Below, one piece after another: positions 1-8,121 of a stretch of 32,000 nucleotides of DNA. The number at the start of each line of letters is the position of its first letter. The first letter of the stretch is position 1. Made by a program: the position numbers and the translations under genes. The notes below the pieces were generated by a model. The model saw only the letters and a program-made list of their open reading frames with translations, had not been told where the DNA came from and ran no database searches. This stretch comes from Dubosiella newyorkensis (GTDB taxonomy: Bacteria > Bacillota_I > Bacilli_A > Erysipelotrichales > Erysipelotrichaceae): assembly GCF_001945605.1 (NCBI RefSeq), contig NZ_MPKA01000086.1, positions 30,001-62,000 on the forward strand. The letters are read 5' to 3'.

Positions 1-1
1 T

Positions 2-268
2 CCATCTTCACCTCTCGTGACTGAATTGATGAACGTGTATCAAAAATATACGAAAGATATGTTCCATGGGCCAAAGACGATCGGCGGCGGCACCTATGCT
101 CGTATGTTCGATAACTTTGTCTCCTTTGGGCCAGAGCTTCCTTTTGAAGAAAAGAGCACGGAGCAATTTGTTGGCGGTCCGCACCAAAGGGATGAAGGTG
201 CAAAGCTAGCGAATTTGATCCAAGCGATCGCCATCTACGCGGATGCGATCCTCGCTTTGGCAGGGTAG
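2..268 (+). CDS. pepV: M20-family dipeptidase (PepV / Sapep-like), C-terminal fragment; 5' end lies outside the window
   Basis: The frame is open from the window edge. The tail GGGTYARMF...GPHQRDE...LIQAIAIYADAILALAG resembles PepV/YtjP C-termini (GGGTYAR ... HQ.DE ... AIYA.AIYEL). Confidence 0.6.
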   Translation, partial: PSSPLVTELMNVYQKYTKDMFHGPKTIGGGTYARMFDNFVSFGPELPFEEKSTEQFVGGPHQRDEGAKLANLIQAIAIYADAILALAG

Positions 269-273
269 TCGAA

Positions 274-909
274 ATGCGGATGCGAAAAGTGCCGTGGGCT
301 GTCGAGTATTTAGAAAAGAGCCAGCGGTTGGAAAAAGAGCCAGCAAAATGGAAAGGGAAATGGCATAACCGTCTTCATACAAAAGATCTACATGTCGAGA
401 TCGGATGCGGCAAGGGGCAATATTCGCTCGATATGGCGAAGATGTATCCAGAAAGCGGCTTTATCGCCATCGAAAAAAACGAAAGTGCCAGCGGGATCGC
501 CGCTAAAAAATTCGATGAAGATCCAGCTGAGAAAAAACTGGCTCTGATCGTAGAAGACGCGGCGGATCTTGGCGAGTGGTTCAAGGAAGGGGAAGTGGAT
601 GTCATTCATTTAAACTTCTCGGATCCGTGGCCAAAAAAACGCTACGCCAAGCGTCGGCTTTCTTCCGATTCCTTTATCCGACAATACCTTCAAGTGCTCA
701 GCGATTCGGGAAGGATCGAAATGAAAACAGACAATGGAGCTCTTTTTGAGTACTCGGTTTTGATGTTTTTGGATTATGGATTCCGATTGAAGGATTTTCA
801 AGTCGACTTTCGAAAAGAAGAGCATCCAGAGGATGCGATCACGGAATACGAAGCGAAATTTATTGAAAAAGGACAGCCGATCTATCGTGCTGTCTTCCAA
901 AAGAAATGA
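274..909 (+). CDS. trmB: tRNA (guanine46-N7)-methyltransferase TrmB
   Basis: MRMRKVPWA start, SAM motif VEIGCGKGQY and NFSDPWPKKRYAKRRL closely parallel B. subtilis TrmB along the full length. Confidence 0.95.
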   Translation: MRMRKVPWAVEYLEKSQRLEKEPAKWKGKWHNRLHTKDLHVEIGCGKGQYSLDMAKMYPESGFIAIEKNESASGIAAKKFDEDPAEKKLALIVEDAADLGEWFKEGEVDVIHLNFSDPWPKKRYAKRRLSSDSFIRQYLQVLSDSGRIEMKTDNGALFEYSVLMFLDYGFRLKDFQVDFRKEEHPEDAITEYEAKFIEKGQPIYRAVFQKK

Positions 910-1259
910 GAATAGATATGAAATCGATAGAAACAATTGAACAGTTTGAACAAGTTTTAAAACAGCCAGGGATCCATGTGTTCCTTTTTACAGCCAATTG
1001 GTGTTCTGATTGTGTATATATTAAGCCATTCATGCCATCCCTTGAACAAAAGTACGAAGAGGCTATGGATTTTTACAGTGTTGACCGCGATCAATTACTT
1101 GATCTTGCGATCGAGCAAGGAATCATGGGGATCCCTAGTTTTATCGCTTATAAAGATGGAAAACGAATCGCATCTTTCATTTCTTCTCTTCGCAAGAGCG
1201 AACAAGAAATCGATGCGTTTTTACAGGATACACGCAACAAGGGGGAAAAAGAATGTTAA
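906..1259 (+). CDS. Thioredoxin-family protein (YtpP-like), WCSDC redox motif
   Basis: FTANWCSDCVYIKPFMP is a thioredoxin-fold CxxC motif. ATGA overlap with the trmB stop. The alternative start at 918 (MKSIETIEQF) is equally plausible. Confidence 0.8.
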   Translation: MRIDMKSIETIEQFEQVLKQPGIHVFLFTANWCSDCVYIKPFMPSLEQKYEEAMDFYSVDRDQLLDLAIEQGIMGIPSFIAYKDGKRIASFISSLRKSEQEIDAFLQDTRNKGEKEC

Positions 1260-1921
1260 AAGATTTAATGCATGCGATCTTCAAAGAGGATGTTGAAGAT
1301 GAGTTGGATGAAAATGGAGAAGAGACGATCCATGAAGAAATAGAAGAAACGCAAGCGCCACTTCAAGAAGAAACGCCGATTTTGCATACTCCGCCAATCG
1401 TAGAACAGCCAATCGTCGAAAATATCGAAAACGTCCATGAAACCTATGTCAATAAAGAAGAAGCTAAAGAAGAAGCGCCTGCTTCGCCAGGCTTATTCGA
1501 AGGCTTGGATGTAGATTCGATCGCTTCAAAACCAAAATCAAGCAAAAATCCGTATCATTTCGATCGTTCTAAGCTTGGCCGCAAACGCAAGCAAGTCGAT
1601 GAGATGGAGTATCAAGCGGTGATCTCTCCAATTTTTGGAAACATGGAGGATTCTCAAAAACAATTCGATAAAGTTCATGACGCTATCCAGCTTCCTAAAC
1701 CGGAAAACGACACCGATCTTGTCGAGATCATCTCGCCAATGTATGGAAACAATATTCCTGCGCCTAAGCCTGTGGAATCGATCCCAAGCTATCAAGAAGT
1801 GAAGAAGAAAAGCGAGAAGCCGAAGATGAATCTAGATGATATGCTCGCTCCAGCAAAACAAGAGACGACAGAACTTGAGCTCGATGAAAGCGTGAGCGCG
1901 AAAAAGAAGGCGAAGCAATAA
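1253..1921 (+). CDS. Hypothetical acidic, low-complexity protein translationally coupled to murC
   Basis: Good SD (GGGGGAAAAAGA-ATG). The start overlaps the upstream stop and the TAATG junction overlaps the murC start. E/D/K/P-rich with no recognisable domain. A duplicated ISP[IM][FY]GN motif is present. Confidence 0.6.
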   Translation: MLKDLMHAIFKEDVEDELDENGEETIHEEIEETQAPLQEETPILHTPPIVEQPIVENIENVHETYVNKEEAKEEAPASPGLFEGLDVDSIASKPKSSKNPYHFDRSKLGRKRKQVDEMEYQAVISPIFGNMEDSQKQFDKVHDAIQLPKPENDTDLVEIISPMYGNNIPAPKPVESIPSYQEVKKKSEKPKMNLDDMLAPAKQETTELELDESVSAKKKAKQ

Positions 1922-3255
1922 TGGCATATCATTTTATCGGAATCAAAGGAACAGGCATGGCTGCGCTAGCTGAGATCTTGCACGATGAAAAGAAAGAGGT
2001 GCGCGGCAGCGATATCGAAAAATATATTTTTACCCAAGATGGCCTAGAACAAAGAGGGATCGAGATCCTTCCGTTTTCCAAGGACAATATCCAAAATGGC
2101 GACACGGTGATCATCGGACTCTCTTTCGATGAAAAGCATCCGGAAGTCAAGGCGGCATTGGATAATCCTACAGTCAAAACGTATTATTATAATGACTATC
2201 TTGGCCATTTGCTCGAACGATATACATCCATCTGTGTCGCAGGAACCCATGGAAAATCGACAACGACCGGGATCTTGTCGACTGTATTAGCGAAATCTGA
2301 AAGTACGGGCTTTTTGATTGGTGATGGTCATGGCCATATGCCTGAGGACGCAAAGAATTTTATTCTGGAATCTTGCGAATTCAAGCGTCATTTTTTAGCC
2401 TATAGACCTGATTATGCGATCATAACGAATATCGAGCTCGACCATATCGATTACTACAAAGATATGGACGACTATTTAAGCGCGTTCCAGTCGTTTGTCG
2501 ATCAAATCAAAACATGCGCCGTCATTTGCGGAGATGATCCGTATTTAAAGAAGCTGAATTATCCAGTCAAGACAATTCGATATGGCTTGTACGAAGGCAA
2601 TGATTTTCGAGCGTTGAATGTCTATCAAGGAGAAGATGGGATCGAATACGATGTCTATCACGATGGAAAGTTGCTTCAGCATGTGTCTTTATCGGAAACA
2701 GGCTATCCATTCTTGATCAATTCGCTTGGCGTCTTCGCACTGAGTTATACGCTCGGTATGAAGCCGGAAGTGATCGAGGAAGGCTTGCAAGAATACAAAG
2801 GAATCAACCGCCGATTCGTGGAAGAAAAGGTTGGCGCTTCGGTTTTGATCGATGATTACGCCCATCATCCTACGGCGATCGAATATATGATCGATGCTGC
2901 ACGCAAGCGCTATCCGTCTTTAAAAGTCGTCGCTTTGTATAAACCGGATCGGTATTCAAGACTGCAATACTTTTTAGATCGTTTCGCAAGCGCCCTCTCG
3001 AAAGCGGATCAAGTTTGTCTGCTTGATTTTCCTGCCAACGCGAAACGGGAAGATGAGACGATCACGGTTACGATCCAAGATCTTCTCGATAAGATCGAGA
3101 ACGCCAAGCTTTTAAAGATCGATGAAGAGAGCGCCGCAGTTCTTAAAGAAATGGGGCCGGCTGTCTATTTGTTCATGTCGAGCAAAGATATTTATTTATT
3201 GAAGGATCTGTTAAAAGAACAGCTCGAGAAGGAAGTTCAAGAAGAAGCGGAATAA
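1921..3255 (+). CDS. murC: UDP-N-acetylmuramate--L-alanine ligase MurC
   Basis: N-terminus HFIGIKGTGMAALAEIL, P-loop GTHGKSTTT, and Mur-ligase length and architecture. Confidence 0.95.
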   Translation: MAYHFIGIKGTGMAALAEILHDEKKEVRGSDIEKYIFTQDGLEQRGIEILPFSKDNIQNGDTVIIGLSFDEKHPEVKAALDNPTVKTYYYNDYLGHLLERYTSICVAGTHGKSTTTGILSTVLAKSESTGFLIGDGHGHMPEDAKNFILESCEFKRHFLAYRPDYAIITNIELDHIDYYKDMDDYLSAFQSFVDQIKTCAVICGDDPYLKKLNYPVKTIRYGLYEGNDFRALNVYQGEDGIEYDVYHDGKLLQHVSLSETGYPFLINSLGVFALSYTLGMKPEVIEEGLQEYKGINRRFVEEKVGASVLIDDYAHHPTAIEYMIDAARKRYPSLKVVALYKPDRYSRLQYFLDRFASALSKADQVCLLDFPANAKREDETITVTIQDLLDKIENAKLLKIDEESAAVLKEMGPAVYLFMSSKDIYLLKDLLKEQLEKEVQEEAE

Positions 3256-3279
3256 GATTTCGCTTCTTTTCATTTTTTT
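3242..3279 (+). terminator. Candidate intrinsic terminator after murC
   Basis: AAGAAGCG (3242-3249) pairs with CGCTTCTT (3261-3268). The 11-nt loop contains the stop codon. Followed by TTCATTTTTTT. Confidence 0.5.
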
Positions 3280-3299
3280 GAAAATTATTTCAAAACAGT

Positions 3300-3327
3300 T
3301 TGGTTCATACCATTGGCATGCTATAAT
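3300..3327 (+). promoter_or_regulatory. Candidate sigma-A promoter for the DUF948 gene
   Basis: TTGGTT (3300-3305), 16-nt spacer, TATAAT (3322-3327) preceded by TGC. Confidence 0.45.
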
Positions 3328-3346
3328 TCACATTGAGGTGATGAGG

Positions 3347-3817
3347 ATGAGTATAGATGCATTGTTTTCGGCCATCGCAAAAGTAGCCAATTATTTGCTT
3401 CCCGTCCTTGGGGTAATCCTTCTAATTTATTTGATCATGCTCATTCGTACTGTGATCGATACGCTGAAAGACTTATCTTTGACATTATTGACAGCGGAAA
3501 GTGAAATCAAGAAATTAGACGGTCCACTCAATACAGTGGATTCTTTATCAAAAACAGTCGATGAAGTCCATGAGAGAACAAAAGAGATGGTAAGCAAAGC
3601 CAGCGAGTCCTTGAGCAAAGATATGGACGCAGCGAAAGATTGGATTTCGAAAAAGAAGACCGAACTGGAAGAAAAACAAAAGCAATCCAAAGAACAAGTG
3701 CAGGAAAAAAAAGTACAGGCACAAGAAGAAGCTGCATTTGTTAAAAATGAAGTTCTTGTAGACGCGCTGCAAGAACAGCCTGTAGAAGAGGAGATCATAT
3801 ATGCCAGAAACGAATAA
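3347..3817 (+). CDS. DUF948 / YtxG-like membrane-anchored coiled-coil (general stress type) protein
   Basis: One N-terminal TM helix (LLPVLGVILLIYLIMLI) followed by a coiled-coil. The position after murC matches B. subtilis ytxG. Start chosen at 3347 because of the GAGGTGATGAGG SD; the ORF track start at 3278 overlaps the promoter. Confidence 0.65.
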   Translation: MSIDALFSAIAKVANYLLPVLGVILLIYLIMLIRTVIDTLKDLSLTLLTAESEIKKLDGPLNTVDSLSKTVDEVHERTKEMVSKASESLSKDMDAAKDWISKKKTELEEKQKQSKEQVQEKKVQAQEEAAFVKNEVLVDALQEQPVEEEIIYARNE

Positions 3818-4499
3818 TGAAAAAGAATTGTATCAAACAGAAGCTGAAAATGTCGAAGCAGGTGGAAGCCGCGAAAACGACGAGAAGGAATTGTATCAAA
3901 CGGAAGCTGAAAATGTCGAAGCAGGGGATATCGACCAGATCATTACCGATACCGAAGAAAAATCTTTATATGAGCTCACAACTTTGAAAGAGGCCAACAA
4001 CGCGGAAAATGACAAGATCATCAACGACGCTCAAGCACAGATCCGTAAGATCTTTTCCGATCTTCGCGATTGGCTCAAACAAAATAGCGAACCAGAAACG
4101 ATCAAACAAAATCTTGAAAACGCGAAAGAACAAACGATGAAAGTTCTTGAAAACGCAAGAAATAAAGTGATCGAAGTCTCTAATAGTGACGAGTTCAAGA
4201 ATACGGTCGAAGCGGGTAAAGATTTCTTGAAGGGAACTGGCGGATTGATCGCGCAAGGCTTTAAAGATCTGAAAGACGAGCTCGAAAAGAATCCAACGAT
4301 GAAGAAGATCTTCGACAATACGGACGAACAGATCGAAAAGCTTAGAACGAATGAGAATTTAAAAGGAGCGGTCGACAAAGTGCATGAAGTCGGCACAAAG
4401 ATCGGGGACGCGATCTTTGATTCCATCAACAGTTTCTTCAAACCACATGAGGAAACGAAAAACGATGAAAACAACGGTGACAACACCAACCAGCAGTAA
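3801..4499 (+). CDS. Acidic coiled-coil protein (occupies the ytxH position but has no TM segment)
   Basis: SD GAGGAG (3788-3793) lies 7 nt before the ATG. 17-nt overlap with the upstream gene. Helical E/K/N-rich sequence containing an internal 21-aa duplication. Confidence 0.6.
   Translation: MPETNNEKELYQTEAENVEAGGSRENDEKELYQTEAENVEAGDIDQIITDTEEKSLYELTTLKEANNAENDKIINDAQAQIRKIFSDLRDWLKQNSEPETIKQNLENAKEQTMKVLENARNKVIEVSNSDEFKNTVEAGKDFLKGTGGLIAQGFKDLKDELEKNPTMKKIFDNTDEQIEKLRTNENLKGAVDKVHEVGTKIGDAIFDSINSFFKPHEETKNDENNGDNTNQQ
3825..3925 (+). repeat. In-frame tandem duplication, period 63 nt, two 38-nt copies with 1 mismatch
   Basis: GAATTGTATCAAAC(A/G)GAAGCTGAAAATGTCGAAGCAGG occurs at 3825-3862 and 3888-3925. 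It encodes EKELYQTEAENVEAG twice. Confidence 0.9.
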
Positions 4500-4518
4500 A
4501 GATAGGGAGAAGCAAACG

Positions 4519-5532
4519 ATGAAGAGAATAACGATCTATGATGTAGCCAAAGAAGCGGATGTGTCTTTAGCTACAGTAAGCCGAGTCATCAACGACAGCA
4601 ATGTCGTTCGGGAAGATACACGCATCCGGGTTCAGGAAGCGATCGAAAAGCTCGGATATAAACCGAATGCGATTGCCCAAGGGCTTGCCTTATCCAAAAC
4701 GACGACGATCTCCATCGTAATGTCTGAAAAATTGTTTTCCTATAATTCGAAGATCTTGAATGGCTTGATGGATGTCGCAAAGATCTACAACTATAATATC
4801 ATGCTCCATACTACGAGCAAAGGAATCTCGAAGATGCAGGATGTGATCGAATCGATCGTAAAATCTCGCGTGGACGGTGTCATTTTATTCAACGACAACT
4901 TTTCTGAAGAAGAGCTGGAGGTCCTCCATTTGTATCAGATCCCGATGGTTGTTGTCGGCAGCAAGATCGAAGATAAAAAAGATGGAAATGTTGGAAACGT
5001 ATACATCGATTTCGAAAAACTAGCCTATGAATTCGTGAACTCGTATTTTGAAAAAGGCATTACGGATATTTCGCTCGTTGAAGACAAGCTGAATCTCTCG
5101 ATGATGCATCAGCTTCGTCAAGGTGTCGAAAAAGCATATCAAGAAAAAGGAATGAAATTTGAAAAATATATCACGTATGATGATACGTATCGTTCTTCGT
5201 ACGACTTCTTGACAGAATACTTTGAAACCACAAAACCAAGCGAATTGGTGATCACATTCCGTGATTCGCAAGCGATTGCTTTTATCAACGCGTGTCATGA
5301 AGCGGGTATCAAAGTTCCGGAAGAAACGCAAGTCGTCGCGATCCTGGATGATAAATATTTACGTATGGTTCGTCCGACGATCTCTTCGTTCAATTTTCCG
5401 GATTACGACATGGGTGCAATCGCGATGCGTCTATTGACCAAGATGCTGGTCAACGATGAAGCGGTCAAAGAAAACAAAGACATCGAGATCGGATATACCT
5501 ATATTCAAAGACAAACAACACGATTGGATTGA
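4519..5532 (+). CDS. ccpA: LacI-family regulator, catabolite control protein A-like
   Basis: MKRITIYDVAKEADVSLATVSRVIN HTH and YDMGAIAMRLLTKML match B. subtilis CcpA segments. The ytxG-like/ccpA neighbourhood is syntenic. SD AGGGAGA precedes the 4519 ATG, and the longer ORF start at 4384 overlaps the previous gene. Confidence 0.75.
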   Translation: MKRITIYDVAKEADVSLATVSRVINDSNVVREDTRIRVQEAIEKLGYKPNAIAQGLALSKTTTISIVMSEKLFSYNSKILNGLMDVAKIYNYNIMLHTTSKGISKMQDVIESIVKSRVDGVILFNDNFSEEELEVLHLYQIPMVVVGSKIEDKKDGNVGNVYIDFEKLAYEFVNSYFEKGITDISLVEDKLNLSMMHQLRQGVEKAYQEKGMKFEKYITYDDTYRSSYDFLTEYFETTKPSELVITFRDSQAIAFINACHEAGIKVPEETQVVAILDDKYLRMVRPTISSFNFPDYDMGAIAMRLLTKMLVNDEAVKENKDIEIGYTYIQRQTTRLD

Positions 5533-5550
5533 CCGATCGTGTTTTCTTTG
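5518..5550 (+). terminator. Candidate terminator after ccpA
   Basis: ACACGAT (5518-5524) pairs with ATCGTGT (5536-5542), followed by TTTCTTTG. Confidence 0.45.
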
Positions 5551-5608
5551 TGTAGGCTAGAGGTGGCTTTACGTTCCCATTCCATAAAAATTGTATTATA
5601 CTGAACTC

Positions 5609-6064
5609 ATGGAAATCGTAATTATCGACCAAACGAACAATGAAGAACTTTTGAAGCTGGATTCGTATTTCGAACGGATCGCCGATCGAACGAGCCGTCT
5701 TCTTGAACGCGCCAAAGACGCATCTCTTTCCGTGATCTTCGTTACGCCTGAAAAGATCCACGAAATCAACACCGCATATCGTAAGATCGATCGGCCTACC
5801 GATGTCATTTCCTTTGCGATGCAGGACGATCCTTCCAACATTTATGTAAGCGAAGAAGAAAACGAGCTGGGTGATATCTTCATCAATGTCCAAGCGATCG
5901 AAGATCAAGCCAAAGAGTATGGCCATTCCCCATTGAGGGAAGCGTGTTTTTTATTTACCCATGGACTGTTGCATCTGCTTGGCTACGACCATATGGAGCC
6001 GGATGATGAAAAAATCATGTTCAGCCTGCAGGACGAGATCTTAGATGAAGTGGTTCAGAGATAG
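5609..6064 (+). CDS. ybeY: rRNA maturation endoribonuclease YbeY
   Basis: Zinc motif HGLLHLLGYDH and DVISFAM are present. The MEIVIID start aligns with the usual YbeY N-terminus. No SD is seen upstream. Confidence 0.9.
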   Translation: MEIVIIDQTNNEELLKLDSYFERIADRTSRLLERAKDASLSVIFVTPEKIHEINTAYRKIDRPTDVISFAMQDDPSNIYVSEEENELGDIFINVQAIEDQAKEYGHSPLREACFLFTHGLLHLLGYDHMEPDDEKIMFSLQDEILDEVVQR

Positions 6065-6413
6065 GTTCCGCTACGCGTTTGCCGGTATCCGTTATGGCGT
6101 GCTCAAAGATCGAAGCATCGTTTTGCAGATCGTTTTTGGATGGATCGCGATTGTGGTGGCTCTCGTTTTAAGGTGCACCTTTTATGAGTGGTTATGGATC
6201 CTTTTGTGTATCACGCTAGTGGTAGTTGGTGAGATCTTTAACTCATGCATCGAACAGTGCGTCAATTATATTTCTCTAGAGATCGATCCTAGAGCGAAAA
6301 AGATCAAAGATATGGCGGCCGCGGCTGTTTTTTTAATCTGTGTTTTCGCAGGGATCGTTGGCTGTTTGATCTTTATTCCAAAAATCGGGGAGGTAGTTTT
6401 TTATGGATTATAA
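6045..6413 (+). CDS. dgkA: Diacylglycerol/undecaprenol kinase DgkA
   Basis: RFRYAFAGIRYGV start, three TM helices, ~120 aa, and the canonical position between ybeY and era. Confidence 0.85.
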   Translation: MKWFRDRFRYAFAGIRYGVLKDRSIVLQIVFGWIAIVVALVLRCTFYEWLWILLCITLVVVGEIFNSCIEQCVNYISLEIDPRAKKIKDMAAAAVFLICVFAGIVGCLIFIPKIGEVVFYGL

Positions 6414-7305
6414 ATCAGGATTTATAGCGATCGTCGGACGACCAAACGCTGGAAAAAGCACGTTGCTGAATGCGCTGATCGGTAAAAAGATCGCGATCAT
6501 GACCGATACGCCGAATACGACTCGAAACAATATTGCGGGGATCTTGACGACACGATCAGCTCAATATGTGTTCATGGATACCCCTGGGATCCATAAACCA
6601 CAACAGCAATTAGGACGGGTGTTGAATAAAAACGCGTATACCGCGATGGAAGATTGCGATGTGATCGCGTGGATCATCGACATCACGCAACGTTTTGGAC
6701 CGGGCGATGAATTTATATTGAAACGGATCCAAACGCTTCATAAGCCCGTTTTGCTTCTTGTCAATAAGATCGATAAACTTCCTCGCGAAAAAGTGCTCCA
6801 AGCGCTGATGGATTGGCAAAAGCGTTATGATTTCAACGAAATCATTCCAATCTCGGCAAAAGATCATCAAAACCTAGACGAGCTGTTGAACGTTTTCAAA
6901 AACTATTTGCCGCAAGGAGCTCCGCTCTATCCAGAAGAAATGGTGAGCGATCATGATGAGAATTTCAGGATCTGCGAGATCATCCGTGAAAAGATCCTCA
7001 ACCGGACAGAAGAGGAGATCCCTCATAGTATCGCAGTCGTGCTCGAGCATAAAGAAATGGAAGAAGGAAAACTTCATTTAATGGCGATGGTGATCGTCGA
7101 TCGCGATTCGCAAAAAGGAATTTTGATCGGAAAGCAGGGCTCCAAGATCAAAGACATTCGGATCGCCGCCCAACGGGAACTAAAAAAGATGCTCAATGTC
7201 CCTGTCGACCTTGAACTTTATGTTCGAGTGGAGAAAAATTGGCGCAACAAGGAGCAAAAAATTAAAGAATTCGGTTTGGATGAGCTTGAACAAGGCGTGC
7301 AATGA
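6403..7305 (+). CDS. era: GTPase Era
   Basis: G1 motif GRPNAGKST, DTPG, NKID, and a C-terminal KH domain. Confidence 0.95.
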   Translation: MDYKSGFIAIVGRPNAGKSTLLNALIGKKIAIMTDTPNTTRNNIAGILTTRSAQYVFMDTPGIHKPQQQLGRVLNKNAYTAMEDCDVIAWIIDITQRFGPGDEFILKRIQTLHKPVLLLVNKIDKLPREKVLQALMDWQKRYDFNEIIPISAKDHQNLDELLNVFKNYLPQGAPLYPEEMVSDHDENFRICEIIREKILNRTEEEIPHSIAVVLEHKEMEEGKLHLMAMVIVDRDSQKGILIGKQGSKIKDIRIAAQRELKKMLNVPVDLELYVRVEKNWRNKEQKIKEFGLDELEQGVQ

Positions 7306-8036
7306 ACCAGTTCGAGGGTTTGGTGCTGCAAAGCCAAGAATATAAAGAAAACGACGCGATCGTACATGTGTTGGGTGCAGATCGAATCTTGAGCGTATAC
7401 GCAAGAGGCGTTCAAAAACAGACATCCAAAAATCGCAGGATCATCTTGCCTTTCTCGCTCGTTAAGTTGATCGTCGATCACAAAGAGCAACGCGAGATGG
7501 ATCTTTTGATCAAAGGCGAGCTGATCGAATATTTCTATAAAGTCCAAGATTCCTTGCTTGGGCAAAGCTTATGCTTTGTATGTAATGATCTGCTTATGCG
7601 AACCAAGATCTTGCCTTACTACCAATCGCTCATGCTCGCTCTTTATCGTTCGATCGAAAACAAGAGCCAAGACATGTACTCGTATGTTTGTTTTTTGATC
7701 GCTTCCATCTTGAAGGAAGAAGGGCTCGCTCCTGAAGTCGATTGCTGCGTGATCGATCAGCAAACTTCAAGGATCGAGACATTTTCAATCGAAGAGGGCG
7801 GTTTTTTATGCAGCGAATGCAATGGAAATCGGTATCCGAAGTGGAAAAAAAGCGAATTGATCAAGATCCGATCGCTCTTTAAGGCCCAACCAAAAGATAT
7901 GGACTATTTGTTTTCGAAACATCAATACGATTTAGAGGATGTGCTTCTTCTGCTGCGCTGGTATGAAAGGCATACGCAGATCGAATTATCAAGTGTCCGC
8001 TTTTTGAAATCGATCCATACGATGGAGAGAGCCTAA
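7302..8036 (+). CDS. recO: DNA repair protein RecO
   Basis: ATGA overlap with era, ~245 aa, an OB-fold N-terminus plus the C..C....C Zn-like segment CSECNGN, and syntenic position. Confidence 0.88.
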   Translation: MNQFEGLVLQSQEYKENDAIVHVLGADRILSVYARGVQKQTSKNRRIILPFSLVKLIVDHKEQREMDLLIKGELIEYFYKVQDSLLGQSLCFVCNDLLMRTKILPYYQSLMLALYRSIENKSQDMYSYVCFLIASILKEEGLAPEVDCCVIDQQTSRIETFSIEEGGFLCSECNGNRYPKWKKSELIKIRSLFKAQPKDMDYLFSKHQYDLEDVLLLLRWYERHTQIELSSVRFLKSIHTMERA

Positions 8037-8055
8037 TTGGCTTTCTCTTTTTTTT
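8025..8055 (+). terminator. Intrinsic terminator after recO
   Basis: 9-bp stem GAGAGAGCC / GGCTTTCTC with one G-U pair. The TAATT loop contains the stop codon. Followed by T8. Confidence 0.8.
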
Positions 8056-8056
8056 G

Positions 8057-8065
8057 TGATACAAT
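8057..8065 (+). promoter_or_regulatory. Extended -10 element (TGATACAAT) for glyQS
   Basis: TGnTACAAT lies immediately after the recO terminator and ~57 nt upstream of the glyQS start. Confidence 0.5.
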
Positions 8066-8121
8066 GATACAGTCTATCCTTGTCTATAAAAAGGGTATCC
8101 GTAGAGAAAAAGGAGAATATC

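Noticed and set aside
4031-4489. 152-aa minus-strand ORF and other antisense ORFs within the coiled-coil gene (3427-4489)
   Set aside because: Repetitive E/K-rich coding sequence produces open antisense frames rich in Ser, Phe and Leu. No expression signals are present.
4384-4518. N-terminal extension of the ccpA ORF (start at 4384)
   Set aside because: The extension overlaps the end of the upstream gene in another frame. The LacI HTH begins right after the ATG at 4519, which has a proper SD.
8080-8121. Upstream TTG start for glyQS. The same issue applies to the long starts at 13237 (nifJ), 11237 (sigA), 18590 (Na/Pi), 24381 (PEPCK-like) and 29085 (gntR).
   Set aside because: In each case an internal ATG or GTG is preceded by a GGAGG-type SD at correct spacing and matches the family N-terminus. 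The longer versions overlap promoters, terminators or upstream genes.
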